From positions 124,001 to 188,000 of the forward strand of contig JAAILG010000022.1 in the NCBI GenBank assembly GCA_012026655.1: 64,000 nt of DNA. The letters are read 5' to 3'. The DNA comes from Hydrolagus affinis (taxonomy: Eukaryota). How positions within the stretch are numbered: the first letter of the stretch is position 1; every line of letters begins with the position of its first letter. Below, in pieces: positions 62,588 to 64,000 of the stretch. The notes under the pieces are model-generated. The model saw only the letters and a program-made list of their open reading frames with translations. It was not told the origin of the DNA and did not search any database. Made by a program: the position numbers and the translations under genes.

Positions 62588-64000
62588 AAGTAGTAATAGA
62601 GCTTGGCTTCAATATTTATGAAAACCTATCATACAAAAAATTATAGCAAGGGAGAGGATCATTCACAAGGAAAATAGCAATATTGTATATGTAATGAGCA
62701 AATGATGCATTTGACAAGTGCTTTCTTTATGTCTTGTAATCAGATGTATTATTTAATGCTGGTGCACACAGGATTACAGTGTGCTGGTACCCAAAACATT
62801 AATGTGAATGTTTCATTGGAAAATGACAATGTGTTGCTGGTGCGTTGCTCAGAGGGTTGTTCTTGGCTGCCCTGTGGTTCTTGCTCCCATGACAAGAGTT
62901 ATTGTTGGGGTTTTGTTGTTGACTACAGTACTGAGAGGAACTGCCTTGTGTGCTCTAGTGCTTCATGAACTTTGCATTTTTTTTGCAGACAACAACTGTC
63001 TGTTAGGACTGTTCTTGCAGGGTGATCATCAGATCCTCTACGGATGTGTTGTATTTAAGCAGCAGGTGCTGGGTTGCTGACTTTGCTGTTTAGTAGCTGA
63101 TAACAGAAAACAAATCGCCAATTTGTAGAAGATCAAGATTTGAAGAATATCAAGTTGAAAGAAAGCAAACTTGCTTTTTTTTTGGCAACGTTTGAATTTT
63201 TCAGGTCAGCCTGCATACAGATCCCTTTAGGGTTAGAAATCAAGCTCTGCCTGAGAGTGGAGATTTGGTAAACAGATTTTGCCTTTCCCTTTGTGGGAAA
63301 TATTTTCTCCTCATCAATTGATTCCAAATACATTCAAATCAATATTGATGGATATAACACAAAACTGGACATCCATGTATCACTATGCCTTTCCGATGAG
63401 CATGTTTTGATTGTTCTCTGGAGAATTCATTTAATCTAACAGTGCTGTTCAACTTATTGCTTATCATGGCGCATGTGTTTAAAATCACGGGTGAATCAGC
63501 ACACAACTGTTATAATTCTACCGTAGCTGTTGCAGAGAATCTTAGTTCTCACCAATTCTCACCAATGCTTCAATGATTATATAAATTCAAAGTCACAAAA
63601 GAACACGCTAGAAAACTTTTACATAATCTAAATATTGCATTCTTCCCTATTCCGTACATCTATTTTCAAGAATAATTTTATTTCAAATAATAAAACTTTT
63701 TTGAAATTTAATTCAATGGGGTATTACAATTTGGAAGGAGCCTGTGTACACCTGTTTCATTTGAGATACTTCTTGTGAATGTACTGTTTTGGAAGTTTTC
63801 CAAACATATTTTGGTGGGTGACTCAGGAGTCTATTAAAATCATGCAACTGTGTCAATCCATTCAGAGACAAATAATTAGAATAAATTGCCAAATTGACTG
63901 TTATCTTCTTTGTTGAAAAATATATCTGGCTGTGGTGCATTCATTCTACGTAGGAGGTAACATGGGTGATATTTTTGTTGAACATTAGAGCTTGATTGTG

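Noticed and set aside
1-64000. CRISPR-like array or other prokaryotic system
   Set aside because: Repeats are dispersed, diverged and in both orientations, with no regular spacers or cas-like ORFs; the DNA is vertebrate intron/intergenic.

Overview
AT-rich, CpG-depleted vertebrate genomic DNA. The dominant tRNA-head/Deu-type SINE with an L2 tail suggests a cartilaginous fish, probably a chimaera such as Callorhinchus (inference from recalled repeat consensus). The window holds the 5' part of one minus-strand gene of the SLC44 (choline transporter-like, CTL2/4/5 group) family, most likely SLC44A5. Three small coding exons (25864-25828, 13965-13917, 362-289; 37+49+74 nt, all GT-AG and phase-compatible) splice to MIPEEENYYGKHGEPRKFDATFKGPIHNRRCTDVLCFVLFIIVILGYMALGVV, and the gene continues off the left edge. 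The rest is intron/upstream DNA with many SINE copies, L2 and CR1 LINE fragments, a decayed Tigger/pogo transposase and a TSD-flanked hAT-type MITE. None of the supplied ORFs is a real gene apart from the exon-1 overlap. I found no prokaryote-type system (no CRISPR, operon or rRNA) and no demonstrably new biological system. The best leads are a ~170-nt intronic hairpin whose transitions all become G-U pairs on the transcribed strand, the SLC44A2-type first exon on an A5-like gene, a candidate distal alternative first exon, and a 51-bp inverted repeat pair just upstream of exon 1. Repeat boundaries were read by eye and are approximate.
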